DNA from: Patescibacteria group bacterium
GTDB lineage: Bacteria; Patescibacteriota; Minisyncoccia; UBA6257; JACRHW01
Direction of reading: 5' to 3'
Assembly (NCBI GenBank): GCA_028865725.1
Contig: JAGWJP010000001.1
Span: 377,954 to 441,953 of the forward strand
Length of the DNA stretch: 64,000 bases
The position numbers and the translations under genes are program-made. Each line of letters begins with the position of its first letter. Position 1 is the stretch's first letter. The notes under the pieces are model-generated. The model was not told the origin of the DNA. It saw only the letters and a program-made list of their open reading frames with translations, and did no database searches. Positions 37,789-48,345 of this stretch are shown here, piece by piece.

Positions 37789-39049
37789 ATTCGCGCATCA
37801 CTACTTGTGATTGTACCTGTTTCATCGTCTCAATTGCAACTGATACGACGATAAGGAGCGCGGTGCCTCCTAACCGGAAGGAGTTAATTCCACTGGCTGC
37901 TTGGATAATATTAGGCAAAATAGCAACCAGACCAAGTCCAAATGCGCCAAACAATGTAATGCGGCCCATGACTTTAGTAATGAAATCTGCGGTTGAGTTC
38001 CCTGGACGAATCCCCGGAATAAATCCACCAAACTGCTGAAGATTTTTGGCAATTTCTGAAGGATCAAAGGTAATGGCAGTATAAAAATAGGTGAAGAGAA
38101 CCACGAGCAAGAAGTAGGCCGTATTATAAAACCATTGATTTGCATAGAAGGCATTCACAATGTCTTGTGCTTTTGTAGCCCAGCCAATGTGAAACACCGC
38201 AAGAACTTGAGTGACAAACTGGGGAAACAGCAATACGGAAATAGCAAAGATAATAGGAATCACTCCCGCTTGAATGAGGCGAAGTGGTAAGTACGTAGAT
38301 ACGCCTCCATACACTTTTGATCCTCGCACCTGTTTGGCATAAGAGACCGGAATTTTGCGTTCCCCCTCATTGAGAAACACTACCCCCGCAATAACAAGAA
38401 GACCCATTGCCACAAAACCAATGTAGGTAGGGAGAAGTCTTGGATCATAGGTTTGAACAAGCTGCCATGCGCTTTGAGGTACTCCAGCCACGATTCCCGC
38501 AAAAATAATAAGTGAAACTCCGTTACCTACTTTTTGTTCTGTGATTAATTCGCCAAGCCAGGTGAGAATCATGGTTCCCGCGATAATGAGTATCAAATTG
38601 CGCGCTAAATCAAACGGACTAAGGGCCGGAATAACTTGTTGTGATTGCAGTAAGCGCAAAAATCCAAAACCTTGCAACAGAGCAAGTGGTACTGTCGCAA
38701 TACGTGCGTACTGATTAAACTTCATACGTCCTGATTCCCCTTCCTCATAATACATTTCTTTGATAGCAGGAAATACCATCATCAATAATTGCATAATGAT
38801 TGTTGCGGTGATATAAGGACCAACCCCCAGCATTGCAATGGAAAAGTTTGCAAATGAACCGCCAGAAAATAAGTTAAACAAACCGAATAATTGATTTGAT
38901 GCTAAGAAACTTTTGAGACGCAATACATCAACGCCCGGGATGGGAATACTGGCAAATAAACGTACTACCACGAGAATACCTAACACAATAAGAATCTTCT
39001 TACGAAGTTCCGTAGATTTCAAAACATGTAAGAATGTTTCTTTTTCCAT
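37778..39049 (-). CDS. secY: preprotein translocase SecY
   Basis: LGVGPYITATII, GNGVSLIIF, GGFIPGIRPG, GGTALLI. Confidence 0.98.
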   Translation of the reverse strand: MEKETFLHVLKSTELRKKILIVLGILVVVRLFASIPIPGVDVLRLKSFLASNQLFGLFNLFSGGSFANFSIAMLGVGPYITATIIMQLLMMVFPAIKEMYYEEGESGRMKFNQYARIATVPLALLQGFGFLRLLQSQQVIPALSPFDLARNLILIIAGTMILTWLGELITEQKVGNGVSLIIFAGIVAGVPQSAWQLVQTYDPRLLPTYIGFVAMGLLVIAGVVFLNEGERKIPVSYAKQVRGSKVYGGVSTYLPLRLIQAGVIPIIFAISVLLFPQFVTQVLAVFHIGWATKAQDIVNAFYANQWFYNTAYFLLVVLFTYFYTAITFDPSEIAKNLQQFGGFIPGIRPGNSTADFITKVMGRITLFGAFGLGLVAILPNIIQAASGINSFRLGGTALLIVVSVAIETMKQVQSQVVMREYEI

Positions 39050-39055
39050 AACATT

Positions 39056-39499
39056 TTATTGTGCCGTTACCACCGTTCCCCCACACGCAATTACTTGTTT
39101 CGTTGCAGATTCTGACAACGCGATTCCCTGTATTGTTACGGCTTTCGTAAGTTCTTTTTTCCCCTTGAGAATTTTAATCTCTGATAACTTTTCCGCTTTG
39201 CCACTCAAAATACCTTTTTTCATAAGCCATGTGGGCGTAATTATATCTCCCTTTTGAGCTGCCCGTTCAATGAGATCAAGTGATATGATTCGCGCAGCGG
39301 GTTTTTGGGGTTTAAACTTAATGCCGCGTAATTTAGGAAAACGCAACATCATTTCCCGTACTTGGGGTTTCAGGCTTCTTCCTGCGCGCGCTTTCTGACC
39401 CTTCTGTCCTGCGCCTGACGTGGTACCACGTTTTCCTCCTCTTCCGATTCGTTTCTTTTTTCGGGCAAGGTGTGTAGGTTTAATGTGATGTAGCTGCAT
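39056..39499 (-). CDS. rplO: 50S ribosomal protein L15
   Basis: RIGRGGKRGTTSGAGQKGQKAR. Confidence 0.96.
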   Translation of the reverse strand: MQLHHIKPTHLARKKKRIGRGGKRGTTSGAGQKGQKARAGRSLKPQVREMMLRFPKLRGIKFKPQKPAARIISLDLIERAAQKGDIITPTWLMKKGILSGKAEKLSEIKILKGKKELTKAVTIQGIALSESATKQVIACGGTVVTAQ

Positions 39500-39517
39500 A
39501 AGTTTTTTATTTAATGA

Positions 39518-39982
39518 TCATGAGGTTTTTCGCGCAAGAGATTGCAGGGCTACAAAAACTGCCTGTGCATTATTGAGCTTATTCTTTGTTGAGGAAAGAA
39601 TTTTTGCGGAAATATCTACATACCCCGCAAGCGTCAGTACGCTCCGTACAGAACTGCCCGCAATAACACCGCGTCCTTTTGCAGCAGGTTTGATCATAAT
39701 GTGTGCTGCTCCAAAATGCCCTTCCACTTCATGAGGAATGGTCCTTTTGTCTTTAATAGGCACAATCATGACATTTTTTTTTGCGTTTGTTTTTGCTTTA
39801 TCCAACGCTTGAGCTACATCAAGCCCCTTTCCAATTCCCAACCCCACTTCCCCCATTCGCGTTCCTACCACCACGGTTGCACGAAAACTCATGCGTTTTC
39901 CTCCCGCGACAACACGCGTGACACGTCGAAGGTCGATAGTAGTAGATTCGTATTTATCTTGTTGTTTATTTGAATAATGCAT
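39518..39982 (-). CDS. rpsE: 30S ribosomal protein S5
   Basis: RVTRVVAGGKR, TIPHEV, GRGVIAG. Confidence 0.97.
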   Translation of the reverse strand: MHYSNKQQDKYESTTIDLRRVTRVVAGGKRMSFRATVVVGTRMGEVGLGIGKGLDVAQALDKAKTNAKKNVMIVPIKDKRTIPHEVEGHFGAAHIMIKPAAKGRGVIAGSSVRSVLTLAGYVDISAKILSSTKNKLNNAQAVFVALQSLARKTS

Positions 39983-39991
39983 GGAGTTTTC

Positions 39992-40348
39992 TTAAAATTG
40001 TAATCCTCTTTCCCGCGCGGCATCTGCCAAAGCTTTCACACGACCTACATAAGAAAACCCTCCACGATCAAACACCACATTGTTGAGTTTTGCTTCCAAT
40101 GCGCGAGATGCAATAAGCGCACCCACCTCACTTGCACGTTCAGTTTTTGTTTTTTTGCTCTTTTTTAATTCTAAATCAGATGCTGCAGCAAGCGTTGTTC
40201 CTTTTTCATCATTAATAACCTGTGCGTACACATGTTGGCTTGATTTGAATATTGCAAGACGCGGTCGTTTCGCGGTACCCACAACAGACATGCGAATTTT
40301 GTGATGTCGTTTTGCGCGCAATTTTTTGGTTATATTTTTTTTGGTCAT
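39992..40348 (-). CDS. rplR: 50S ribosomal protein L18
   Basis: [25 protein letters not shown]. Confidence 0.97.
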   Translation of the reverse strand: MTKKNITKKLRAKRHHKIRMSVVGTAKRPRLAIFKSSQHVYAQVINDEKGTTLAAASDLELKKSKKTKTERASEVGALIASRALEAKLNNVVFDRGGFSYVGRVKALADAARERGLQF

Positions 40349-40366
40349 ACTCTACAGTATCGATAA

Positions 40367-40918
40367 TTATGAAGAAGCTCCCGCCATTTTCTTACCCGCT
40401 TTGCGACGAATAATTTCTCCTACGTAATGAATACCCTTTCCTTTGTACGGTTCTGGTTTTTTAAGCGCGCGAACATTCGCGGCTACTTGCCCTACTAACG
40501 CTTTATCCACCCCCGATACCGTAATCGTGTTCTTTTCGGTTCCAATCGTTACTCCTTGAGGAGGAACTACGCGGATAGGATGGCTTAATCCGAGATGAAG
40601 TATCAATGCTTCTCCCTCCATAGCTGCGCGATATCCGACTCCTTCAAGTTCCAGTTTTTTTTCATATCCATTTTGTATACCCTCTACCGCATTTGCAAGC
40701 AGTGCGCGTTGTGTCCCCCACAACGCCATGCTATTCTTTTGTCTTTCCGCTTCCAGTTTGGTCACTGTTAATACTCCTTGTTCATTATTAAACTCAAGCC
40801 CCTCCAAACGAGGTATGAGCAAGGTTCCTTTTTTACCAGAAACAGTAATACTATCCGCTCCAATGGTAATTGTTACTTCTAGTGGTACTATAATTTCTTT
40901 TTTTCCTATTTTTGACAT
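40367..40918 (-). CDS. rplF: 50S ribosomal protein L6
   Basis: MSKIGK, GVGYRA, PEPYKGKG. Confidence 0.98.
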   Translation of the reverse strand: MSKIGKKEIIVPLEVTITIGADSITVSGKKGTLLIPRLEGLEFNNEQGVLTVTKLEAERQKNSMALWGTQRALLANAVEGIQNGYEKKLELEGVGYRAAMEGEALILHLGLSHPIRVVPPQGVTIGTEKNTITVSGVDKALVGQVAANVRALKKPEPYKGKGIHYVGEIIRRKAGKKMAGASS

Positions 40919-40934
40919 AATTTCGTATACGTTT

Positions 40935-41324
40935 CTAGTAGATTTTAAGAAGAACCTCTCCTCCTATGTTTTTTTCACGCGCTTCTTTATCAGTTATAAT
41001 TCCGTGAGAAGTCGAGATAAGACTCAATCCGTACCCATTACGAACACGCCCAATTTCTTTTGCCCCGCGATATACTCTTTTTCCGGGCTTACTTACAAAA
41101 GTAATCTGATGAATGCATGGGGTTCCCTCCGGATATTTCAATTTCAATTCGAGATATTTTTTAATTCCTCTTCCTTTTTTCGCCACCGCCTCAAGGTATC
41201 CTTCGCGCACTAAAATGTCGGCAACGCGGGCATTCAGTTTTGATACAGAAACCTTAACAACATCTTTCTTGACAAGACTTCCATTTTTAATTTTCACCAT
41301 CATTTCAAAAAAAGGATTCATCAT
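40935..41324 (-). CDS. rpsH: 30S ribosomal protein S8
   Basis: EGYL, SKPGKRVY, ISTS.G, GGEVL. Confidence 0.96.
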   Translation of the reverse strand: MMNPFFEMMVKIKNGSLVKKDVVKVSVSKLNARVADILVREGYLEAVAKKGRGIKKYLELKLKYPEGTPCIHQITFVSKPGKRVYRGAKEIGRVRNGYGLSLISTSHGIITDKEAREKNIGGEVLLKIY

Positions 41325-41345
41325 ATTCTTTAGTGTCTTACTGCC

Positions 41346-41531
41346 TCACCATGAAGACTTGCGTACGCCTGGAATCTGGCCTCGCGAGGCAAGCTCGCGG
41401 AAACAAATTCGACAGAGATTAAAGTTTCTTATATACCCTCGCTTTCTTCCGCAACGAAAACAACGGCGTACCTCACGAGTACTGTATTTTGGTTTCTTTG
41501 CTGCACGCGCAATGACTGATTGTTTTGCCAT
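41346..41531 (-). CDS. rpsN: 30S ribosomal protein S14 (Zn type)
   Basis: RCFRCGR...[17 protein letters not shown]. Confidence 0.97.
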   Translation of the reverse strand: MAKQSVIARAAKKPKYSTREVRRCFRCGRKRGYIRNFNLCRICFRELASRGQIPGVRKSSW

Positions 41532-41551
41532 AATACAATGATAAGTGGAAT

Positions 41552-42058
41552 TTATTTTTTAAATCGTACGCCGAGAGATTCGAAGAATGCTTGCGCGTCT
41601 TCTTTTTTGTCAGTAGTGGACACTACCACTACCTGGAGTGAAAATGGTGCTTTTGCATTTTCATTAATCACTTCTGGAAATACATTAAATTCCTTAAATC
41701 CGATTGAAAGACTATTGGTAGATATTGTGGAATGTTCAATGCCGCGAAAATCGCGTACACGAGGAAGCGCAAGGTTTACTAGGCGTGTCATGAAGTCGCG
41801 GGCCCGCACCCCCCGTAATGTCGCTTTGAGGCCAACAGGCATCCCCTTTCGTAATTTGAATGTCGCAATCGACTTATTACTTAACACTATTTTCGGTTTC
41901 TGTCCACTCAAAAGACTAAAAAGCCGCGCCACATCATCAAGTGTCTCTTTTTGGTTTTTTGACTGGTTTAAAATCCTACCAATACCTGCATTTACTACTA
42001 CTTTAGTAACGCGCGGTGTAGCCATTTTGTTTTCTTTTTTTGCGTGTGTCTTATTCAT
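41552..42058 (-). CDS. rplE: 50S ribosomal protein L5
   Basis: [26 protein letters not shown]; start set downstream of rplX. Confidence 0.95.
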   Translation of the reverse strand: MNKTHAKKENKMATPRVTKVVVNAGIGRILNQSKNQKETLDDVARLFSLLSGQKPKIVLSNKSIATFKLRKGMPVGLKATLRGVRARDFMTRLVNLALPRVRDFRGIEHSTISTNSLSIGFKEFNVFPEVINENAKAPFSLQVVVVSTTDKKEDAQAFFESLGVRFKK

Positions 42059-42065
42059 ACTGTGC

Positions 42066-42374
42066 TTACAATTCTGCGTGGCATTTTTTGCATACCTCAA
42101 TTTTGGTTCCATTTGCCACACTATGTCCTCTGCGCGTGCGTACGCCACATTTACCGCATACGCGCATCACATTTGAAGCATGAATGCTTCGCGATACTGA
42201 AATAATCTCGCCTTTTTGTCCTTGTTGCTTGGGGCGAGCATGCTTTTTATACATATTTGCCCCTTCTACCACTACACGCGTGGAATCCTTAAGGACCCGC
42301 ACTATTCGTCCTGTTTTTCCACGCTCCTTTCCTTTAATAATGTAGACCGTGTCTCCTTTCTTAATCATAGACAT
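42066..42374 (-). CDS. rplX: 50S ribosomal protein L24
   Basis: IKKGDTV...GKERGKTG, IHASNV. Confidence 0.96.
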   Translation of the reverse strand: MSMIKKGDTVYIIKGKERGKTGRIVRVLKDSTRVVVEGANMYKKHARPKQQGQKGEIISVSRSIHASNVMRVCGKCGVRTRRGHSVANGTKIEVCKKCHAEL

Positions 42375-42376
42375 GC

Positions 42377-42748
42377 TTAAACAATGTTATCTGCCATTGA
42401 AATAATTTTTGCATACCCTTTTTCTTTGATCTCTCTTGGAATAGGGCCAAAAATACGAGTTGCTTTTGGATCCACTTTATTGGTATCGAGCACCACTACC
42501 GCATTCTCATCAAAACGAACACTCGTACCATTTGTACGTCGCACCACATCCTTGGTGCGTACTACGAGAGCTTTTACCACTTCCTTTTTTTTCACCCCTT
42601 TCCGTGGTTCAGCAACTTGAACCGATGCAACGATAATATCGCCCACACTTGCATACCGCCTTCTTGAACCTCCCAGCACTTTAAAGCACCGCACTGTTTT
42701 TGCGCCGGAATTATCTGCTACCTGTAATATGGTGCGTGGTTGTATCAT
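42377..42748 (-). CDS. rplN: 50S ribosomal protein L14
   Basis: [22 protein letters not shown]. Confidence 0.98.
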   Translation of the reverse strand: MIQPRTILQVADNSGAKTVRCFKVLGGSRRRYASVGDIIVASVQVAEPRKGVKKKEVVKALVVRTKDVVRRTNGTSVRFDENAVVVLDTNKVDPKATRIFGPIPREIKEKGYAKIISMADNIV

Positions 42749-43044
42749 ATATGTTCACTAAGCGAAGCATCGCTTTCTTCTTTTTCCTCCTTGCCAGCTT
42801 CGCGAGGCCGAGATATTAATTTAACGATATTCCATCTTTTTTGTCCAGAGATTGGACGTGTTTCCTCAATCATGACCATATCGCCTACATGAAATTCATT
42901 ATGTTCATCATGTGCTTTCATGCGTTTCACGATACGGAGTAGCTTGTGGTACTGGTCGTGTTTTTTAAACCGTGTTACCGCAACAACACGTGTTTTTTGC
43001 ATCACGTCGCGCATTACTTTTCCTTCAAACGTACGATGTGCCAT
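42745..43044 (-). CDS. rpsQ: 30S ribosomal protein S17
   Basis: [22 protein letters not shown]. Confidence 0.96.
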   Translation of the reverse strand: MAHRTFEGKVMRDVMQKTRVVAVTRFKKHDQYHKLLRIVKRMKAHDEHNEFHVGDMVMIEETRPISGQKRWNIVKLISRPREAGKEEKEESDASLSEHI

Positions 43045-43048
43045 ACTT

Positions 43049-43231
43049 TTATTTAAAATTCAATAACGTAAGTAAGCGCGCAATATCCTTCTTTGTCGCC
43101 CGGATAGTATGCGCATTTTTAACCTTTCCCTGTGCAATTTCAAATCTTAAATCACGCAATGTCTGACGTTTTTCATAAAGAGCCTTCCGCATCTCATCCT
43201 GATTTAATTGTCGAAAGTCTTGATGTTTCAT
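43049..43231 (-). CDS. rpmC: 50S ribosomal protein L29
   Basis: LRF, KKDIARLLT; position in S10 cluster. Confidence 0.93.
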   Translation of the reverse strand: MKHQDFRQLNQDEMRKALYEKRQTLRDLRFEIAQGKVKNAHTIRATKKDIARLLTLLNFK

Positions 43232-43238
43232 ATTATAT

Positions 43239-43652
43239 TTATATTCGTACTACCATTCGTGTTTTTACCGGGAGTTTGTGCGCGGCGCGGCGCAAGGCTT
43301 CGCGTGCAGTGGTTTCCGGAAGACCATCAATCTCAAACAACATTCTCCCTGGACGCACAGGAAATACATAATGGTCAACGGCCCCTTTTCCACCTCCCAT
43401 GGTAACTTCTGGTGGGCGTTTTGTTACTGGCTTATCGGGAAAAATGCGAATCCATAATTTCCCCCCTTTCTTTAGAAAAAACGTGATGGATTTTCTCGCT
43501 GCTTCTATCTGGCGAGAGTTAATCCATGCCGCGTCACATGCCTGTAATCCCAAACTCCCGTATGTCAATGCCGTACCGCGCGTTTCTTTCACTCTATCTC
43601 GCGAACGTCCTTTTTGCCATTTTCGATGTTTTACTTTTTTGGGAATCAGCAT
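43239..43652 (-). CDS. rplP: 50S ribosomal protein L16
   Basis: QIEAAR, WIRIFPD, MGGGKG, HKLP. Confidence 0.98.
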   Translation of the reverse strand: MLIPKKVKHRKWQKGRSRDRVKETRGTALTYGSLGLQACDAAWINSRQIEAARKSITFFLKKGGKLWIRIFPDKPVTKRPPEVTMGGGKGAVDHYVFPVRPGRMLFEIDGLPETTAREALRRAAHKLPVKTRMVVRI

Positions 43653-43654
43653 GA

Positions 43655-44332
43655 TTAATTGTTCGGGATGAACTCACCTTTATAAATCCACACTTTTATT
43701 CCTACCGCCCCATAGGAACAAAAGGCTGTTGCTTCACCATAATCAATATTAGCACGCAGTGTTTGAAGAGGGATTGTCCCCTTGGAAAGCCATTCCGCAC
43801 GTGAAATTTCATTTCCATCAAGTCTCCCGGACATTCTAATTTTAGCCCCCGCAATCGCAGGATTTTGAAGAATATGTTCAAGTCCTTTTTTCATTGTTCT
43901 TCGGAAGGTACTCCTGTGTTCAATTTGAGCGGCAAGTTCCTGAGCGACCACAGTGGCGCTGACATCATTTTTTGGCACTTCCTCTACGTTAATAGAGAGT
44001 ACGCGCTTAGATAAATTCTGTCCGGGATATTTCTTGGATATCCTACCAAGAATCGCTTCAATGTGCTTTTTAAGACTTTCGATATCCTTTCCCCCACGAC
44101 CGATCACAATACCCGGTTTCGAAACACGCAATGTAATTTTGAGATTATTACCAAATCGCTCAATAGAAACAGAATCTACTTCAGTTTGACGCAATCGTTT
44201 GCGAAGATATTCTCGAATACCCCAATCCTCCTCGAGAAGATAAGGAAATTTTTTCTTATTCGTAAGCCACTTGCTGCTCCATGTGTTCTGTACGCTAAGA
44301 CGAAATGATTTTGGATGAATTTTGTGTCCCAT
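43655..44332 (-). CDS. rpsC: 30S ribosomal protein S3
   Basis: MGHKIHP, PGIVIGRGG, PLQTLRANIDY. Confidence 0.98.
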   Translation of the reverse strand: MGHKIHPKSFRLSVQNTWSSKWLTNKKKFPYLLEEDWGIREYLRKRLRQTEVDSVSIERFGNNLKITLRVSKPGIVIGRGGKDIESLKKHIEAILGRISKKYPGQNLSKRVLSINVEEVPKNDVSATVVAQELAAQIEHRSTFRRTMKKGLEHILQNPAIAGAKIRMSGRLDGNEISRAEWLSKGTIPLQTLRANIDYGEATAFCSYGAVGIKVWIYKGEFIPNN

Positions 44333-44337
44333 AATGA

Positions 44338-44871
44338 TTAAACGGATTTTCTTCGAAACATCTTTTTAAGCGCCCCGGGTTCCTTGATATCCTTCTTCGT
44401 TTTCTGGTTCGCTTCATTTCGTTCTTCGGCCGCTGCTTTTGCTTGTTTCTCGCGCTCAAAATCTTTTACTAATTTACGAGCTTCTTTTTGCGTTTGAGGA
44501 CGATAAAATTCTTTAAACTTCTGGCTTACGGATCCTTTTTCTTCGACAGTAATATATACGTGGGATGTCTTTTTCTGAATCATGGCGGCTCTACCACTCG
44601 CGCGCGGCATAAACCGTTTAAACATAGGACCCTGATCTACGCGGATATCTGTGATATAGAGTTTTTCAGGAACAAGGGAGGCCTGTTTTGCGTTTGCAAG
44701 AACGGAGCGTAATAATTTCAAAACAGGTCGTGCTGCTTTTTTTGCGCTATAACGCAACTCAGCTTCTGCCTGATTTACTGATTTACCCCTAAGCAAGCTC
44801 GCGATCAGGCGGGTTTTTCTGGGGGCGACATGTAAATATCGTAATATTGCTGAAGCTGATTTCTTTTCCAT
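44338..44871 (-). CDS. rplV: 50S ribosomal protein L22 with C-terminal extension
   Basis: APRK, VDQGP, KRFMPRASGR, TSH. Confidence 0.97.
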   Translation of the reverse strand: MEKKSASAILRYLHVAPRKTRLIASLLRGKSVNQAEAELRYSAKKAARPVLKLLRSVLANAKQASLVPEKLYITDIRVDQGPMFKRFMPRASGRAAMIQKKTSHVYITVEEKGSVSQKFKEFYRPQTQKEARKLVKDFEREKQAKAAAEERNEANQKTKKDIKEPGALKKMFRRKSV

Positions 44872-44883
44872 AGCAAATATCTA

Positions 44884-45177
44884 TTATTCTGATTTCGCTT
44901 TTTGCTCAAGTTCTCGTTGCATTTTTCCTCCATGCTTCACGAATTTTCGCGTCGGAGAAAATTCACCGAGTTTATGTCCTACCATTTCCTCTGAGATAAG
45001 TACAGGAGTAAATGTGCGGCCGTTGTGCACATTCAAGGTAATTCCAATCATTTCAGGACTGACAGAAGAAGCGCGTGACCATGTATTGATCACCATTTTT
45101 TCGCCCGCCTTTAACCGAGCTACTTTTGCGAGGAGCTTGTCATCAATGTAGGGACCTTTTTTAATTGATCTGCTCAT
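44884..45177 (-). CDS. rpsS: 30S ribosomal protein S19
   Basis: [23 protein letters not shown]. Confidence 0.98.
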   Translation of the reverse strand: MSRSIKKGPYIDDKLLAKVARLKAGEKMVINTWSRASSVSPEMIGITLNVHNGRTFTPVLISEEMVGHKLGEFSPTRKFVKHGGKMQRELEQKAKSE

Positions 45178-45257
45178 AAGCTAATTATGGTATGTGATGA
45201 CGTGATAAGTCTATCAAGGAATGTACCTTTTTAATAGCGACTCGTCAAGATTGATCG

Positions 45258-46091
45258 TTATTTTTTCTTTTTCTTTCTTCGAGAAATGATAAGATTGTTA
45301 CTCCATTTATTTTTTCTTCGTGTTTTAACGCCTCCGGTGATCTTACCCCACTTGTCTTTCGGCCTTCGTGTTCCTCGAGATTGTCGCCCTTCGCCGCCTC
45401 CATAAGGATGGTCCCGCGGATTCATTACTGAACCACGCACCGTTGGACGCACACCACGATGTCTGGTTTTTCCCGCCTTTCCGTGTGTAGTAAGATTGTG
45501 TTCGGGGTTTGATAGCGGGCCGATACTTGCAAATGAAGCAGAAAGAACCATGCGCACCTCTCCCGAGGGAAGCTTGAGATGAGTATATCGGCCATCGTGA
45601 CCTAAAATTTCTGCATATGACCCTGCTGAACGAATAAGCGATCCTCCGCGTTCCGGTTCTAGCTCAATATTATGTACAGGAGTTCCCGGAGGAATCGCAT
45701 GTAACGCCATTCGGTTTCCTGGCGTAAATGGTGCGATCTCTGACGTAATTACGGAATCATTGACGTTCAATCCGTGCGGAGCAAGAATATAACGTCGCTC
45801 ACCGTCGTGATAACGTACCAAGGCAATAAAAGCGGTACGAAAAGGATCATATTCGAGCGAAAGTACTTTTCCTGGAATATCTTTTTTGTTTTGTCGAAAA
45901 TCTATCATCCGATAGCGCTTCTTATTTCCTCCTCCCTGGTGACGTACAGTAATTCTCCCACTATGATTTCTTCCCGATTTCTTTGAAATTTTCTTCAAGA
46001 GCCCTGGATATGGTGCAACAGAACTAAGTCCTCGATAGTCTACTACCGTGATATGTCGTAACGAGGGTGTTTTAGGCGCGTATCGTTTCAT
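45258..46091 (-). CDS. rplB: 50S ribosomal protein L2
   Basis: GRITVRHQGGG, EYDP.R, RGSVMNP.DHP.GGGEG. Confidence 0.98.
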   Translation of the reverse strand: MKRYAPKTPSLRHITVVDYRGLSSVAPYPGLLKKISKKSGRNHSGRITVRHQGGGNKKRYRMIDFRQNKKDIPGKVLSLEYDPFRTAFIALVRYHDGERRYILAPHGLNVNDSVITSEIAPFTPGNRMALHAIPPGTPVHNIELEPERGGSLIRSAGSYAEILGHDGRYTHLKLPSGEVRMVLSASFASIGPLSNPEHNLTTHGKAGKTRHRGVRPTVRGSVMNPRDHPYGGGEGRQSRGTRRPKDKWGKITGGVKTRRKNKWSNNLIISRRKKKKK

Positions 46092-46095
46092 AATT

Positions 46096-46515
46096 TTATT
46101 GTGTAGCAAATTCAAGTTTATCCCCTGCCGCGAGGGTAATTACCGCTTTTTTATAGCCCGGTTTTTCACTCGTTTTTCCCCCCCGCGTCTTTCTTGTTTT
46201 AGGAGGAATATGAACCATATTTACCGCCACTACTGTTACGCCATATCCTCGCTCAAATAATTTTTTAATCTCTGTCTTGTTTGCATGCGGCGCAACGCGA
46301 AACACATACTTATTACCCGCAGTTCCTCGCAATGCTTTTTCCGTAAACCATGGGTGGCGTACTAATTCCCAAGAGAGAGACGCTCCTTGCGTCTTAGATC
46401 CGAGCAGCATTTCTTTTTTGTTTTTTATAGGAGCAACCACAACCTCATTCTTTTGAGAGGCGGAAGTTTTTGCTGGGTTATCATGATTATTTTTTGCTAA
46501 AAAAGGAAGGCTCAT
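46096..46515 (-). CDS. rplW: 50S ribosomal protein L23 with N-terminal extension
   Basis: TEKA, YVF.V, NKTEIK, YKKAVITL. Confidence 0.95.
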   Translation of the reverse strand: MSLPFLAKNNHDNPAKTSASQKNEVVVAPIKNKKEMLLGSKTQGASLSWELVRHPWFTEKALRGTAGNKYVFRVAPHANKTEIKKLFERGYGVTVVAVNMVHIPPKTRKTRGGKTSEKPGYKKAVITLAAGDKLEFATQ

Positions 46516-46535
46516 AGTATTTAAAATAATGCGCG

Positions 46536-47174
46536 TTATGCGACGGTGTAATACTTCTCTACGATAGGAAGCGAATCTTTCAGTATCACGACGTTCTTAT
46601 ACGTAATGATCTTTTTTGCATTTAAATCATTGGCGAGAACCCAATTCGCCGCCTTAAGATTATGAATAGAACGACGCAGGGATTCATGGTGCTGAGGAAT
46701 AACGATTAAGAGCTGATGCGCTTTTTCTAAATTTGCAAATGGCTTCAACGTATGTGCGGTACTTTTGGTCTTTGAATCCGAAAACTCCATCACGTCTACC
46801 ACTTTCAGTTCTTGTTCGCGTAATTTTTGAGAAAGCGCCATCGCGATTGCCTTTCTCGCCATTTTTTTGGGTAATGCGACGTGATAATTTTTTTCCTTGA
46901 GCGGCCCATGTGTAACTCCCCCTCCTTTCCAAATAGGCGATCGACTTGATCCTGCACGTGCGCGACCGGTTCCTTTCTGCTTCCAGGGTTTTTTACCTCC
47001 TCCTTGTACCGCGCCACGATCTTTTGTGTGCGCCACAGGACGGCGCGCATTATTTGTATAGGCGCGTAATACCTGGTGAACGAGATCCGCATTCCATTTC
47101 ACATCAAAAACCCCATCTGCGACATCGACGGATCCAACCGTGCTTCCTAATGCATTATACAATTCGAGCTTCAT
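46536..47174 (-). CDS. rplD: 50S ribosomal protein L4
   Basis: GGGKKPWKQKGTGRARAGS.RSP. Confidence 0.98.
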   Translation of the reverse strand: MKLELYNALGSTVGSVDVADGVFDVKWNADLVHQVLRAYTNNARRPVAHTKDRGAVQGGGKKPWKQKGTGRARAGSSRSPIWKGGGVTHGPLKEKNYHVALPKKMARKAIAMALSQKLREQELKVVDVMEFSDSKTKSTAHTLKPFANLEKAHQLLIVIPQHHESLRRSIHNLKAANWVLANDLNAKKIITYKNVVILKDSLPIVEKYYTVA

Positions 47175-47175
47175 A

Positions 47176-47787
47176 CTATTTTGTAGATACAATTTCAATC
47201 ATGCTCCCCTTATTTCCAGGGACGCTTCCTCTTAAGGCAATGAGCTGCTGGTCATTATCTATTTTGACGACCAGCAAATTTTTTATAGTTTTACGCTCTC
47301 CACCCATACGTCCTGCCATTCTGCGTCCCTTAATGACCTGCTGCGGCGTAGTAGCTCCAATAGAGCCCGGAGCACGGTGACGATTTTTTTGTCCATGTGT
47401 TTTCGGACCGCCGCGAAAACTATAACGTTTCACCACGCCCTGAAATCCTCGGCCTTTCGTAAGTCCTGAGATGCGCACCTTTTTTCCTTCTTCAAAGCTC
47501 TCTACGCCAAGTGTTTGGCCTAACGCATAAGTACCTATTTCGTTGGGATTCACACGAAATTCTTTTACATGGGCAAATGAGGGCATATCCTTCAATTGAC
47601 CTTTTCGCGGCTTGGTGGGGTGTTTCTTTGTCCCCCATCCAATACCTACGGCGGTATAGCCGTCTTTTTCCAGTGTACGAATATGTGCAACGATTGCGGG
47701 ACCTGCCTCAAGTAAGGTTATAGAAACCCGTTTTTCTCCATCGTATATTTGAGACATTCCCAATTTTTTAGCTAATGCGAAAGCCAT
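47176..47787 (-). CDS. rplC: 50S ribosomal protein L3
   Basis: KLGMSQ, KGRGFQGVVKR, HRAPGSIG, GSVPG. Confidence 0.98.
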   Translation of the reverse strand: MAFALAKKLGMSQIYDGEKRVSITLLEAGPAIVAHIRTLEKDGYTAVGIGWGTKKHPTKPRKGQLKDMPSFAHVKEFRVNPNEIGTYALGQTLGVESFEEGKKVRISGLTKGRGFQGVVKRYSFRGGPKTHGQKNRHRAPGSIGATTPQQVIKGRRMAGRMGGERKTIKNLLVVKIDNDQQLIALRGSVPGNKGSMIEIVSTK

Positions 47788-47925
47788 AAATAATATAAAT
47801 AAAAATACCGGAAACAAAGCCGGCTGTAACAACCTCTGCTTTATTTCGTACTTGTTATGATGTTGTAAATGTCATGTGTGCTCCTTGTGGGTTTATTCCT
47901 CTTTCGGAAGACACGGTTTCCAATC

Positions 47926-48252
47926 TTACATCATCTTAATCTCAATATCAACACCAGCAGGCATAATCAAACTCATAAGCGAATCGATCACTTTCTCATT
48001 GGGATTCAAAATATCAACGAGACGCTTGTGAATACGCAACTCGAATTGTTCACGACTGTCCTTGTGGACAAACGTGGAACGATTCACGGTATACTTTTTG
48101 ATTTCAGTCGGAAGAGGAATGGGTCCACTCACCGTTGCTGCGTATCGCTCTGCTATTTCGACAATTTGTCGCGCAGAGTTTTCGATTATCTTATAATCGT
48201 ATGCCTTTAAGCGAATCCTTATTTTTACTTTTTCTTCTTTTTCCTTAGCCAT
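47926..48252 (-). CDS. rpsJ: 30S ribosomal protein S10
   Basis: [22 protein letters not shown]. Confidence 0.98.
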   Translation of the reverse strand: MAKEKEEKVKIRIRLKAYDYKIIENSARQIVEIAERYAATVSGPIPLPTEIKKYTVNRSTFVHKDSREQFELRIHKRLVDILNPNEKVIDSLMSLIMPAGVDIEIKMM

Positions 48253-48345
48253 TTTTTTATTTTCTGCAGAGCACGAGGCTCTACATTAAGTGAGTGCGCC
48301 CTATACATATCGCATAGAGCGCACCTCTTAACATAGATTTCTCGT

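Noticed and set aside
42059-42148. Long N-terminal extension of L5 in the ORF track
   Set aside because: It overlaps rplX; ATG 42058 is more plausible.
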